Assembly: GCA_963664705.1 (NCBI GenBank)
Contig: OY761556.1
Coordinates: 4,096,001 to 4,160,000, forward strand
Reading direction: 5' to 3'
From: Acidobacteriota bacterium
GTDB taxonomy: Bacteria > Acidobacteriota > UBA6911
DNA length: 64,000 nt
Shown here: positions 18,459 to 29,040 of the stretch, one piece after another
Layout: every line of letters begins with the position of its first letter
Numbering within the stretch: the first letter of the stretch is position 1
Program-made: the position numbers and the translations under genes
The notes under the pieces: model-generated
The model's input: the letters and a program-made list of their open reading frames with translations, nothing else
The model's database searches: none
Told to the model about the DNA's origin: nothing

Positions 18459-21089
18459 ATGCGCATGGATCGCCTCCATCCGAAGAACATAAGCCTGAAT
18501 GCCAAAGTTGCCTTTTTGGGGATAGGCAGCGTTTTGATTACCTCGCTGGCGCTTGTCGGCCTTGCGATGTGGCAAAGCAGTCAATACAACAGACTGGCAC
18601 AAGGCCAAGTCGCCATTATGGGCATAGCCGGGCTCCTGATAACGGTATTGATGGGGCTTTTGGGTACTTTTGCCGCATGGACAATTACCCGGCCCCTCCG
18701 CCAGATGACCACGGTTGCAGAGAGCATTGCTCGCGGAAACCTCGATCAGCGAATGGATATTCATTCCCATGAAGAGATAGGCAAGCTTGCACAAACCTTT
18801 AACCTGATGACCGACAGGTTGGAGCAGACAATGGAGGGTCTGCGCGGGAGTGAGGAGGAATACCGGTTCATTTTTGAAAAGGCTCTGGAAGGCATTTTCC
18901 AGATGTCTTTTGCGGGACATATCCTGAAAGCGAATCCGGAACTGGTTCGGATGTTCGGGTATGAGTCCGAGGATGAACTGAAGGCAAATATGGATCTTCC
19001 CAGTCAATTGTATGTCAATCCCGAAGACAGAGATGCGAACCTCTATGAAATCCTCGAGCATGGAGAAGTGCTGAGAAAGGAAATCGAGCTCTACAAAAAG
19101 GACAGACAAAGGATCTGGGTATCAATCAGTGCGGCGATGGTTTGCGAATTGGGGAAGCCCCTGTTTATTCAGGGATTCGTCACCGATATCACGGATCAGA
19201 GACGCGCCGAGGATGAGCTCAAGAAATTCAGCAAGCTGCAATCCATTGTTCTGGACAACAGTACCGTGGGGATTGCATTTGTGCGGGATCGCATTATCGA
19301 GTGGATCAATCCCCGGTTTTTGGAGCTTTTTGAATTTGAAAAAGAACAGGTCCTGGGAAAATCCACTAGGCAGCTTTATATAGATGAAGCCTCCTTTGAA
19401 AATACCGTGCGGATCGCCTACCCGGTTCTTGCTCAAGGACAAAAAGCAGCGTTTGAACTCGAGATGCACAAAGGATCGGGAGCTTCGTTCTGGTGCCGGC
19501 TGGAAGGAAATGCACTGGATGCCGCGAGTCCCAAAGATGGATCCATATGGATTTGGGAAGACATCACCGACAGAAAGAACGCGGAAAAGGAGATCCGAAG
19601 ACTGAATGAGGATCTGGAGCAGCGGGTTATCCAGCGGACAACCCAGCTGAAAGCACTCAATGCCACGCTTTCCAAGGAAATTCTCGACCGCAAAGAAGCG
19701 GAAAAAGCCCTGGGATTCCGGCTGAAATGCGAAAACCTCATTGCGAAGGTCTCTGCGGATTTTGTCGGACGGGAAATACATCAACTCGATCAGAGTATCA
19801 CGCACGCCCTGGAAACGCTGGGCTCCTTTATTGAAGCCGATCGCTGCTACATCGGGTTATTCACCGGCGGTGAACTCGAGATGCATATCACTCACGAATG
19901 GACTGCCCCGGGAATTGAAGCCTCCGCTGAAGCACAGGATCAAAACTTCTCAGCCGTTTTGCCCTGGCTGCACGGCGAACTGAATAAGCTCGTGCCCGTC
20001 TGGATTCCGAGAACAATGGAATTGCCGCGTGCCGCCAGCATCGAGAAAGGATATTTTGAAAACAGGGGAGCCAAATCCTCCCTCATCATTCCTATTGACT
20101 ATGAAGCAAACCTGCATGGGTTTGTTGCCTTTGAAGCGGTGCAGTCCGAAAAAGCCTGGCGAGAGGACAATGATGTTTCGGATCTTCTGTGGACCGCATC
20201 TCAGTTTCTGGCCAGCGCGCTGCAGAGCAAGCGATTTGAAGAGCAGCGGCTCGCGTTTGAAGCACAGCTGAACCAGGCTCAGAAGCTTGAATCGGTCGGA
20301 CAGCTTGCCGCGGGGATTGCCCATGAGATCAATACGCCCATCCAGTATGTCGGAGATAACATCCATTTCCTGCAGGAGGCCTTCGCGGATCTGCTCAAGC
20401 TGATCGATAAGATAGGACAACTGGCGGCATCTACGGAAGCACGGGAACATAGGCCAGGCACATGTAAAGAGATCGAGGAGGCGCGAGCTTCCTCGGATGT
20501 GGAGTATTATCGGGACGAGGTTCCCAAAGCCATCGGCCAATCCATCGATGGGATCCAGCGGGTCACCAAAATTGTCCGTGCCATGAAGGATTTCTCTCAC
20601 CCGGATATCGGCGAGAAAGTGCCGACAGATATCAATCGGGCGATCGAAACAACGGTGACGGTGGCTCGCAATGAATGGAAATATGTCGCTGAAGTGCAAT
20701 TGGATCTAGATTCCAATCTCCCTCTGGTCGACTGCATTGCCAGCGAAATCAACCAGGTTGTTTTGAATCTGATCGTCAACGCGGCCCATGCTATTGGCGA
20801 AAAAGCAGGGGAGGGAGCCAGGGAGCGTGGACTCATCCGGATCACAACAAAAAGCGAAGGAGAAATGGCCGAAATTCGAATCCAGGATACCGGCACAGGG
20901 ATTCCCGAAAGTCATCGAGCACGCGTTTTTGATCCATTCTTTACAACGAAGTCGGTTGGCAGGGGCACGGGACAGGGGCTGTCGATTGCCTATAATGTGG
21001 TTGCCAAAAAACACTCCGGAACCATCCGATTCGAAACCGAAACCGGAAAGGGAACAACATTTATTGTATGCATTCCCCTGCATGGATAA
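18459..21089 (+). CDS. Sensor histidine kinase (TM-TM-HAMP-PAS-PAS-GAF-HisKA-HATPase)
   Basis: TITRPL..EEIG.LA..FN.M; DITDQR/DITDRK; GQLAAGIAHEINTP; NLIVNA, DTGTGI, FDPFFTTK..G.GTGQGL. Confidence 0.95.
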   Translation: MRMDRLHPKNISLNAKVAFLGIGSVLITSLALVGLAMWQSSQYNRLAQGQVAIMGIAGLLITVLMGLLGTFAAWTITRPLRQMTTVAESIARGNLDQRMDIHSHEEIGKLAQTFNLMTDRLEQTMEGLRGSEEEYRFIFEKALEGIFQMSFAGHILKANPELVRMFGYESEDELKANMDLPSQLYVNPEDRDANLYEILEHGEVLRKEIELYKKDRQRIWVSISAAMVCELGKPLFIQGFVTDITDQRRAEDELKKFSKLQSIVLDNSTVGIAFVRDRIIEWINPRFLELFEFEKEQVLGKSTRQLYIDEASFENTVRIAYPVLAQGQKAAFELEMHKGSGASFWCRLEGNALDAASPKDGSIWIWEDITDRKNAEKEIRRLNEDLEQRVIQRTTQLKALNATLSKEILDRKEAEKALGFRLKCENLIAKVSADFVGREIHQLDQSITHALETLGSFIEADRCYIGLFTGGELEMHITHEWTAPGIEASAEAQDQNFSAVLPWLHGELNKLVPVWIPRTMELPRAASIEKGYFENRGAKSSLIIPIDYEANLHGFVAFEAVQSEKAWREDNDVSDLLWTASQFLASALQSKRFEEQRLAFEAQLNQAQKLESVGQLAAGIAHEINTPIQYVGDNIHFLQEAFADLLKLIDKIGQLAASTEAREHRPGTCKEIEEARASSDVEYYRDEVPKAIGQSIDGIQRVTKIVRAMKDFSHPDIGEKVPTDINRAIETTVTVARNEWKYVAEVQLDLDSNLPLVDCIASEINQVVLNLIVNAAHAIGEKAGEGARERGLIRITTKSEGEMAEIRIQDTGTGIPESHRARVFDPFFTTKSVGRGTGQGLSIAYNVVAKKHSGTIRFETETGKGTTFIVCIPLHG

Positions 21090-21103
21090 AGCCGGACACG
21101 CTC

Positions 21104-22060
21104 TCAGGCTTTGATTTCCGTGAGGTCTTCGAATGGGTAGCGGTCGCTGAGGATTCCTAAAGACAGGAGCTGTTGCGTTCCGGCATAGCGCAGCGATACA
21201 TCCTTATCAAAGAAGCAGACCGTGCCTTCCTCCATAACCTCCAGATACGCCTTGTAATCGCGCGCTTCCCCGAAATGCTCGCCGCGCTGCACCTCCACGC
21301 GACACCGGTCGAGAAAATCGCCCAGCATTTTGAAATGAAGCAATCCAGCGCGCATGGGCGCCAGCGGAAGCTCTGGTGTCATATTGTGGGTTGACAGCAC
21401 GTATCGATAGCCCTTCTGCCACTTAATCAGGGGAACCTTGCTGATCGTGGACGGAACAAAGCTTCGGTTGCGATTGTTCCAGAAACAGCGCACGCGCGCG
21501 CCCCCGTAGAGTTGAACCCCAGGCGGGATTGGGCATTTTACATAACCATAGGGACTGCGGTCGAAGAAGGGGGTTGCGTCCAGAAACGATGCTCCCGGTT
21601 GATAAACGACGCGATCCATCGGCTGGTCGGAATAGAAATCGATCATGACCGCGACCGCAGCCTTGGCACCGCAGGCGTCCAGACGATCGGTAAACTGCGG
21701 CAGGCTCTCGTTTTCGCTCCCGGGCCAAACCAGCAGTTCGTCGGCATCGACCACCACGCACCACCGGCCATCGCACAGCAGGTTTAGGAGGTCATTCGTC
21801 CAACTCAATCCGCAGGCACTCTCGGCGTAGCTGTTTTTGGTCTCAAATAGAAAAACATCGTTCTGCGCCAGGAGATACTCTCGGGTGTTGTCTCCGGAAT
21901 CGTTGTCCAGAATGACGAAGGAACGAACACCGATGTCCCGGTAATATTTCAGCAGGAACGGAAGGCGCAGCATTTCATTGCGAACCAGCACAAAAGCAAC
22001 GGGCTCCGGCAAAGGGAGGTTGACCGGGCGCGCTCCGCAATAATTGATCGCATGTCCCAT
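21104..22060 (-). CDS. Glycosyltransferase family 2 (Glyco_tranf_2_4-like)
   Basis: VRNEMLRLPFLL.YYR.IGV..F..LDNDS.D; W..VVDADE; KVPL..W; LLHFK. Confidence 0.88.
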   Translation of the reverse strand: MGHAINYCGARPVNLPLPEPVAFVLVRNEMLRLPFLLKYYRDIGVRSFVILDNDSGDNTREYLLAQNDVFLFETKNSYAESACGLSWTNDLLNLLCDGRWCVVVDADELLVWPGSENESLPQFTDRLDACGAKAAVAVMIDFYSDQPMDRVVYQPGASFLDATPFFDRSPYGYVKCPIPPGVQLYGGARVRCFWNNRNRSFVPSTISKVPLIKWQKGYRYVLSTHNMTPELPLAPMRAGLLHFKMLGDFLDRCRVEVQRGEHFGEARDYKAYLEVMEEGTVCFFDKDVSLRYAGTQQLLSLGILSDRYPFEDLTEIKA

Positions 22061-22150
22061 GATCGATCCATCTCTCCCGGATCAATGAGCAGTGGTCACC
22101 TGAGTATGGTGCGCGGCAATCAGCGCGCTCAACTCCGAAGGCAGGGAGGC

Positions 22151-22945
22151 CTATGCGCATGTCCTGTTTTTTGAAGCGACAAGCTCATTATATAGTCTTT
22201 GGGTTACTTCAGGAACAAGGTTGGCTAGCCCGGACTCCTTAATCCGGCAGCGGGCACAGATTGCCGGAATTCCCAGCGGGCGTTCCGGAGAATCCAGCGT
22301 CGTCAGCGTCAACAGTGACCGTATGTGCAAAAAACGCGCAGCAATTTCAGCAAACGAATCTCGGTAGAGGCTTCCCAGATTGGTTGTTCCCTGCCAGTCG
22401 GCGCAGCACAGATGCGCATTGGCAAAATTGTCAAAAATCATTTCATTGAAGGGGCGAAGGCAGACGGAATCTGTTTCCCGGCGGATAGGTCTTTTACGCC
22501 CATCCAGCAGCCCATCGCCTATCTGGAGACGATCGCAATAGGGAGCAACCCAGGACCAGTCCTTTTTGAAATAATTGCTGATAACGATGTCCTTAAAATG
22601 AGGCTTTTGGGCAGCGGGAGCTTCCTTGAGTTTGTGCAGGTTGAGGCCGTTAGTCCAGAGCACAAAGGTCTGGCCCGGAATCCTGCGCTCAATCTCGCTT
22701 TTCAGAGCCAGAAGCCGATCCCATTGGGTGGTTGGTTCGTTGTAGTAGTGAAAGCCGATCCGTCCAGAAAAACCCATGGCATGGGCTTCCCGGGCAGCCT
22801 GCAGAATCATCGCATCGGTTAATTCGCGGGATGTGTCGAGCGATCCGTACCTGTCGCTGTCGGAGCTTGGGCAGCGCCCCTTGTGTTCCTCATCGAGATT
22901 GCAGGCCGATCCCAGCTCAAACACCAGGTATTGAGTATAACGCAA
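22151..22945 (-). CDS. Radical SAM/SPASM-twitch domain protein with an atypical cluster motif
   Basis: TTG start at 22945 after GGAGG; FELGSACNLDEEHKGRCP; FHYYNEP; WTNG; C.RPF..CC.DW..NLG..C..C. Confidence 0.75.
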   Translation of the reverse strand: MRYTQYLVFELGSACNLDEEHKGRCPSSDSDRYGSLDTSRELTDAMILQAAREAHAMGFSGRIGFHYYNEPTTQWDRLLALKSEIERRIPGQTFVLWTNGLNLHKLKEAPAAQKPHFKDIVISNYFKKDWSWVAPYCDRLQIGDGLLDGRKRPIRRETDSVCLRPFNEMIFDNFANAHLCCADWQGTTNLGSLYRDSFAEIAARFLHIRSLLTLTTLDSPERPLGIPAICARCRIKESGLANLVPEVTQRLYNELVASKNRTCA

Positions 22946-23157
22946 TGCCTTTTTCCTCCGGTCATTTCCTTTATCGGCAGTTAATGCGCAATGAGTATCG
23001 CAAAAGCCCGAAAATTCAGCAGCAATTCCCACCGGGAGCGCCAACGGCCGTTATCCACATCCACTATTTCTATAAACCCAAACGTGATACAACATTAGGG
23101 GACCGGTCAGGTCCTTTCCCGATGACACAGACACACATCCGATTGAGGGGTAGAAAG

Positions 23158-23751
23158 ATGAACACTTCCGCGATCAACAGACTATTTGGTTTCCTGGTGC
23201 TATCCTTTCTCGCTTTGGTTTGCATCACAACCAGCGCAAAGGCACAAACCGCTCCGGCCGCACAATCACCCGAAGTCGCCGCGCTGATAGACCGCGCAGC
23301 CATAGAGAACCTCATGGCGGACTACTACTCGCACATAGGCAACAGCTCTTTCAATTTCGGCCAATATTTTGCCAAGGACGGCGTCCTGGATGTCAACGGC
23401 ATCGTCGCCAAAGGATCGGAGGAAATTAAGGCACTCTACGTGATGGCATCGGGAGGCTCCGCCGCCGCGCCGCCAAAGCAGGATCCCAAGGCCCCACCGC
23501 GAGGTTTGTTCATTATGCAGTTAACCAACCTCAAAGTCGTGGTAACGGGCAATACGGCAAAGGCCGACATGTTCTGGAGCAGCGTGGAATCCAAAACTCT
23601 GATCAGCCCGCCAAGTGTTACGGAATACGGCCTGGACCATACGGAACTCGTCAAACAGAACGGTCATTGGCTGATCAGCCATCGTCTTGTTACCAGCGGC
23701 GGCGGCATGCCGGAAGGAGAGTTAAAATCGTATAGGAGCATGAAGCGCTAA
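23158..23751 (+). CDS. Secreted SnoaL-like/NTF2-family protein
   Basis: Signal peptide; LIDRAAIENL..DYY; F..DG.LDVNG; ELVK.NG.WLI..R.V. Confidence 0.85.
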   Translation: MNTSAINRLFGFLVLSFLALVCITTSAKAQTAPAAQSPEVAALIDRAAIENLMADYYSHIGNSSFNFGQYFAKDGVLDVNGIVAKGSEEIKALYVMASGGSAAAPPKQDPKAPPRGLFIMQLTNLKVVVTGNTAKADMFWSSVESKTLISPPSVTEYGLDHTELVKQNGHWLISHRLVTSGGGMPEGELKSYRSMKR

Positions 23752-23844
23752 AGCCGCTGGCTTCGAACTGACAACAAACAACACAACCCTTGGACCGTGA
23801 TTGGCGATGCTGGAATCGCTCCATCATCCAAAGGGAAAGCTCTT

Positions 23845-24753
23845 ATGTCCAATGCCCGCATGTACGCCCGGATTCTTTCCTTATTGATAGCGATATCCGT
23901 GGCGGGCCCTCTTCGCGCAGAGAATACAAACACCGGATTCGGAGTCGATCTCGATTTTTACACCGGTCCGGTCTCGCGCGTGGTCTGGTTGCAAATGAAA
24001 GAGGCAGGACAAAGATTTGCCGTGGTGCAAGCATGGGGCGGGCGGAGTCGAAATGAATTTGCCACGGCGCAACTTTCAGGCGCGCGCAAGACGGGCGGAA
24101 TGGCTACCGCCGCCTACATTCTTTTAAACTATGATGACAAGGTCTGCCCGACATTTTCCAAACCTGTCCGCAATAGCGACGGCAAGTGTGTGGGTGCGCT
24201 ACGGGCCCAGCCGAAGCGCGGCGGCCGATGGCAGGTACGCCAGGGAATCGCCGCATTGGGTTCAGAGCGGGCACATACCGCCTTCATTGCCATCGATGTC
24301 GAGTGGTTTTTATCGGATTCACCGCCACTAAATGCAGCGGCGCAGTCGAGCCGCAGGCAGCGGTTACTCGACGCCCTCGATGAAGTCCGCATCCTGAAGA
24401 AGAAACCGGTGATTTATACGAGAAACGCAAACCTGCACTGGCGCGATATCACCGGCTGCGATCAGGATTCATCGGAACGCCAATGCGATCAGTTATCAAG
24501 ACTCATCAGAGACCGCGTACGACCGATTCCGCTATGGGATGTCCAGACGGGAGAACCCGAACTGGAGAATTTCAGCCCATATGCCGAATGGACCCAACGA
24601 GCCGGAAGACAATATAAACTCGATACGAATATGTTTGGACTTCCTCCCGGACGCACCGTCGACCTCAACGTATTCCATGTTTCCCTTTTCTCGCCGACCA
24701 GGGCGGCGCTCGACGGGCAGCGACTTCGCACGCGGAGCAATCCTCGAAAATAA
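23845..24753 (+). CDS. Secreted glycoside hydrolase family 25-like (muramidase-fold) protein
   Basis: Signal peptide; GVD at the mature N-terminus, AY, AIDVE (DxE), PVIYT, LW, QY, VDLNVF. Confidence 0.65.
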   Translation: MSNARMYARILSLLIAISVAGPLRAENTNTGFGVDLDFYTGPVSRVVWLQMKEAGQRFAVVQAWGGRSRNEFATAQLSGARKTGGMATAAYILLNYDDKVCPTFSKPVRNSDGKCVGALRAQPKRGGRWQVRQGIAALGSERAHTAFIAIDVEWFLSDSPPLNAAAQSSRRQRLLDALDEVRILKKKPVIYTRNANLHWRDITGCDQDSSERQCDQLSRLIRDRVRPIPLWDVQTGEPELENFSPYAEWTQRAGRQYKLDTNMFGLPPGRTVDLNVFHVSLFSPTRAALDGQRLRTRSNPRK

Positions 24754-24778
24754 AACGTATGCATAGGTTTTGATTCCG

Positions 24779-27523
24779 ATGTCTAAAAAATCTGTTCTCC
24801 TTTTGGGATGTTCTGTCGCGGTTCTGATGGGGTGGCTTCTTTACCGAACTGCGCACAAGTCCTCGGGGCCCGTTTCACAAACCTCTCCGGTCCCTGCCAC
24901 GGATCAAGTTCCGAATCCGATGACAGCGGCCGATCCGCTTCTGGAGAAAGCCCTGGGCATCGTCGGCCGTTATCGCAAAATGATCGTGCTTCTGGAAGGC
25001 ACGGATTCTCCCTCCGACGTACAATCCGACCAGGCATCGCTTGTTGGCCGGATTATCTTCCAGGAAAACCATGCGGCCATCTCCAGCCTTTCCGCCGAAC
25101 TGACAACGGAAATCGAAGGTGCGGGCGATTTCTCGAAACCGCTTATCCACATCAACCATTTTCTCGATCTCGTCGAAAACAAACCGGACTTCCACGACGC
25201 CGACAAGCTCAGCTTCCGTGACCTGCTCTCCGACCTGGCAGACTCCTTGTCCGGCCTTCGCAGTTCCGCACCTCTGAAGGCGGAACTGGAAGCCCGCGTG
25301 GACACCGATCGAAAAGCGCTCGCGGAGATTCAGTCTCTTTATGAAAAGGAACTCGACAAGATATTCGGCCGTTTTGAAACACGCGGAATAGTCGTGCGGC
25401 GCGAAGCCTGGGAGCAGTATATCGCGTATTTGCGTACGAAATACAAACGCCAGGATATCCTGAAAGAGTATGAAACGCAGGCGGGACGTATCCAATCAAT
25501 CGGGAAACAAAGTGAAACGCGGCGAGATTCCGATCTCGAGATCTTCGGAACCAGGCTGCCCCCAAAGACATTTGTCCTGACCTTTGATGATGGGCCGCAT
25601 CCGCGATATACCGATCGCATTCTGGATGTGCTGAACAAATACCAGGTAAAATCGGTATTCTTCGAGCTCGGCACAAATCTCGCTTCTCTGAAACACAACA
25701 GAATTCAGTCTACACGCGCGGCAACGGCTGCACGGCACGTCGTGGAATCGGGCTTTGCCGTCGGAAGTCATGGATTCTCCCACGCTCTGCTGCCCAAGAT
25801 GAGCGATGCTGAAATTGCAACAGAGATCGACCAGACGAACCGTCTGCTGGAGTCTGTTGTGAATGTGCGGGCGGTGCTCTTCCGTCCGCCGTATGGCAGC
25901 CAGAACACCAAGGTGCTGGCTGCCGTCGAGGCTCACCGCATGAAGTCGGTGATGTGGAATGTCGACTCGAAGGACTGGGCCGATCCAATCGCCAAATCCA
26001 TTGCGAACCGGGTGATCGGAGATGCCCGAAAACTCAATCATGGCATCATCCTTCTGCACGACATTCACGAAAGAACCATCGACGCGCTGCCCCTGATCAT
26101 TGAAACGCTTAAGAACGACGGCTATCAGTTCTTTGCCTGGGACGGCCACACATTCGCCGGCGATTCCGTTCAGTCCGAGCAGGCCTCCGCAGGCGCCGCT
26201 TTGCCTCCAGCGACGCTTTATCGCGAAAGCTGGGCGGTGGTAATCGGAATTGACAATTACCTGAAGTGGCCGAAGCTTCACTACGCCGTCAACGACGCCA
26301 ACGGGATCAAGGAAATCCTTGCACGCCGGTATCATTTTCGGCCCGATCACATCATTTCGTTGATCAACGAAGAGGCGACGCGGGAAAAGATACTGTCCGT
26401 TCTCGGCGACACGTTGTCCAATCCGAAAGCGGTTCAGCGCGAAGACCGTGTCTTCGTCTTCTTTGCGGGGCATGGGGTGACGCGGCGATTATCCAGTGGG
26501 CGCGATCTGGGCTATATCGTTCCTTATGAAGCCGACTCGGAAAATTTCCAGGGCCAGTCGATTTCGATGACCAATTTTCAGGACATCTCCGAATCGATTC
26601 CGGCCAAGCATGTGTTTTTCGTCATGGATTCCTGCTACAGCGGTCTCGCCATCACGCGAGGCCAAGCCGTCAACAACTACATACGCGAAGTATCAAAGCG
26701 CGCGGCACGGCAAATGTTAACCGCCGGCGGCGCCAATGAAGAAGTCGCAGACAACGGGCCCAACGGCCATTCCGTTTTCACCTGGACAGTCCTGCAGGGC
26801 CTTGAAGGACGGGCGGACCTGAATTCGGATGGCTTTATCAGCGCGGCAGAATTGGCTTCCTATGTTGGCCCGGGCGTCTCGGCACTGTCGCTCCAGACAC
26901 CCGCGTTTGGCAATCTTCCGGGCAGCGAGGGGGGTGAATTCATATTCGAGCTGCGGGCCGAGGCGGAGGCGCTCAGCGATCTTTCCACCCAGCTCGATCA
27001 GGAGGCAATTCGACTTAATGCAGAACTGGACCGCGTTCGCAAAGAGATCGCGGCTAAAACAGCTCGCAACGAAAAACTGAAAGAGCAGCTCGCCGCCGCC
27101 ATGTCGGAGCAGAGCAAGATCTCCGGCATTCCACCCGCTACAACAAAGGTTGTGGATACAGCCGCGCGCCATCTGGACATGGGCGACCGGCTGTTCAAGG
27201 AAAAACATTACAATGAGGCGCTGGAAGAATTTTTGGCAGCGGCGAAAATGGAGCCTAAAAACGCATTGGCTTCAAACAACGTCGGCTATTTATACTATCG
27301 CCTCGGCAAATATGAGGACGCCATTTCCTGGTATCAGAAGACGATTCAAGTCGATCCACGCCGGGCCATCGCCTATGCCAACCTCGGCGACCTGTATTAC
27401 AAACTGGAGCGAATGGCCGATGCGCGGCCCATTTATGAAAAGTACCTCGAACTGGATCCCAACAACCGATATGCCGCCACGGTACGGTCACGGCTGGCGT
27501 CCCATCAGCCAACGGATAAATGA
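24779..27523 (+). CDS. Membrane-anchored polysaccharide deacetylase (CE4/NodB) - caspase-like peptidase C14 - coiled coil - TPR fusion
   Basis: LTFDDGP, HGFSH, FRPPYG, DSKDW, ILLHDI; WAVVIGIDNY..L.YAVNDA, FFAGHG, MDSCYSG; three TPR repeats. Confidence 0.92.
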   Translation: MSKKSVLLLGCSVAVLMGWLLYRTAHKSSGPVSQTSPVPATDQVPNPMTAADPLLEKALGIVGRYRKMIVLLEGTDSPSDVQSDQASLVGRIIFQENHAAISSLSAELTTEIEGAGDFSKPLIHINHFLDLVENKPDFHDADKLSFRDLLSDLADSLSGLRSSAPLKAELEARVDTDRKALAEIQSLYEKELDKIFGRFETRGIVVRREAWEQYIAYLRTKYKRQDILKEYETQAGRIQSIGKQSETRRDSDLEIFGTRLPPKTFVLTFDDGPHPRYTDRILDVLNKYQVKSVFFELGTNLASLKHNRIQSTRAATAARHVVESGFAVGSHGFSHALLPKMSDAEIATEIDQTNRLLESVVNVRAVLFRPPYGSQNTKVLAAVEAHRMKSVMWNVDSKDWADPIAKSIANRVIGDARKLNHGIILLHDIHERTIDALPLIIETLKNDGYQFFAWDGHTFAGDSVQSEQASAGAALPPATLYRESWAVVIGIDNYLKWPKLHYAVNDANGIKEILARRYHFRPDHIISLINEEATREKILSVLGDTLSNPKAVQREDRVFVFFAGHGVTRRLSSGRDLGYIVPYEADSENFQGQSISMTNFQDISESIPAKHVFFVMDSCYSGLAITRGQAVNNYIREVSKRAARQMLTAGGANEEVADNGPNGHSVFTWTVLQGLEGRADLNSDGFISAAELASYVGPGVSALSLQTPAFGNLPGSEGGEFIFELRAEAEALSDLSTQLDQEAIRLNAELDRVRKEIAAKTARNEKLKEQLAAAMSEQSKISGIPPATTKVVDTAARHLDMGDRLFKEKHYNEALEEFLAAAKMEPKNALASNNVGYLYYRLGKYEDAISWYQKTIQVDPRRAIAYANLGDLYYKLERMADARPIYEKYLELDPNNRYAATVRSRLASHQPTDK

Positions 27524-27555
27524 TTCAATCGGAGATCGGGTAGCGGTCGGAGCCA

Positions 27556-28797
27556 TTATCGGAATTTCGCGAGGAAAATTGCGATCACGCTGATTGCGGA
27601 CACCGGGACCAATACATATCCGGCCCCCGTCCAACCGATTGACTCGACAAATCGGCCAAACAGGATTGGCCCGATGAACATGCCCAGGTTTTGTCCCATG
27701 GCCAGCACAGCCATGCCCAATCCGGCCGACTGCCTCGACACCATGATCTCGGGCACCGCCGCGAATGTCGCGGGGACAATTGTCCCTGCGATAGTGCCCA
27801 ACGCAAAAGTCAGGACCGGAATCATCCATCCCGTCGCAATAAAAGCGAACATGCATATCACAGATAGAATGATCGAAGAGACGATAATCAGATGCCTGCG
27901 CATTCCAAGTCGATCCGAGAGATAGCCGCCCAGCGGCTGCGAAAAGACAGCTGCAATGGTGCACAGGCTGAATGTAAACGATGCCGCCGGCAAACTATAA
28001 TTGCGGGTGGTATTCAAGAAGGTCGGATAATAAGTATTCAAGGCAAAGCAGATCAGGTTAAAACACATAAACTGCAAGGCAATCAGCCAGAGGCCGGCAT
28101 TTGCCATTGCCTTTCCGTAGGCTGGAGGCACTTCATGTTCAGGCTTTGCTTCGCTTGATAGAGGCTTTGCACCGGCCTCTTCCGGTTTCGGCATTCGAAA
28201 GAAAACCCAAAACAGAACAAATGCCGCCAGTGAAGAGGCCGCGCCCACTTTCCAGATGAATTGCCAGCCGCCCAGTTCCGCCATCCAGGGGGCCAGATTA
28301 AACATGATGATGCTTCCCACCGGCATACACGTCGTCCACAATCCCAGTGGAGTGCCACGCATTTCTGCTGGGAACCAGATGGAGATTGCGGCCGGAGCCA
28401 TGATGGTTATTAACCCGATTCCAGCCCCTTCTATGAAACGGGTGGCCAGCATTGCATTTGGCGTGCTGCAAAACACTCCGAGGCCCGACCCGATAAATAC
28501 GGCACCGACGGCAATCAGGCCGGTTATTTTGAGCCCCAGCCGCTGCAGAATAAAACCTGCCGGAAGCGCCAACAGAAAGCCTGTTAAGGAAAATACCGAC
28601 ATCAACATACCGGCATTGCTCAAGCTCAGGTTGAACGCGCGGATCAGAATCGGCAGCACCGGAGGCACTTTGAACTGGTTGAGCGCCGATGCCAGGCTGG
28701 CCAGGTAAAGAACCGCCATAATAACCCACGCATAAGCAGAGGGCTTTTCAACCGATCTTGGAACAGATGAAACCGCTGCATCCGTCGTGATTCCCAT
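27556..28797 (-). CDS. MFS transporter (CynX/NimT-like)
   Basis: NQFKVPP, about 12 TMs, GGYLSDRLGMRR. Confidence 0.9.
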   Translation of the reverse strand: MGITTDAAVSSVPRSVEKPSAYAWVIMAVLYLASLASALNQFKVPPVLPILIRAFNLSLSNAGMLMSVFSLTGFLLALPAGFILQRLGLKITGLIAVGAVFIGSGLGVFCSTPNAMLATRFIEGAGIGLITIMAPAAISIWFPAEMRGTPLGLWTTCMPVGSIIMFNLAPWMAELGGWQFIWKVGAASSLAAFVLFWVFFRMPKPEEAGAKPLSSEAKPEHEVPPAYGKAMANAGLWLIALQFMCFNLICFALNTYYPTFLNTTRNYSLPAASFTFSLCTIAAVFSQPLGGYLSDRLGMRRHLIIVSSIILSVICMFAFIATGWMIPVLTFALGTIAGTIVPATFAAVPEIMVSRQSAGLGMAVLAMGQNLGMFIGPILFGRFVESIGWTGAGYVLVPVSAISVIAIFLAKFR

Positions 28798-29040
28798 TTC
28801 AGCCGCTTTCCTGGAATATTGTCTTGTCCTGGGTTGACACCGAAAAAAGGCAGCACTCGAAATTCACGCCTATTCTAATGAAATCGCGGATTATTCCATA
28901 GGATAGATTTGGCAATGGCTCAGCCCAATGGAGGCCTGCCCAGGCATGAACACACGGAGGCACGGAATGACTGGTGCCGCCGGTAGTGTGCACTATCGGG
29001 ATGACTGCGGGCTAATTGCGATATGCGAATATTTTCCGCG

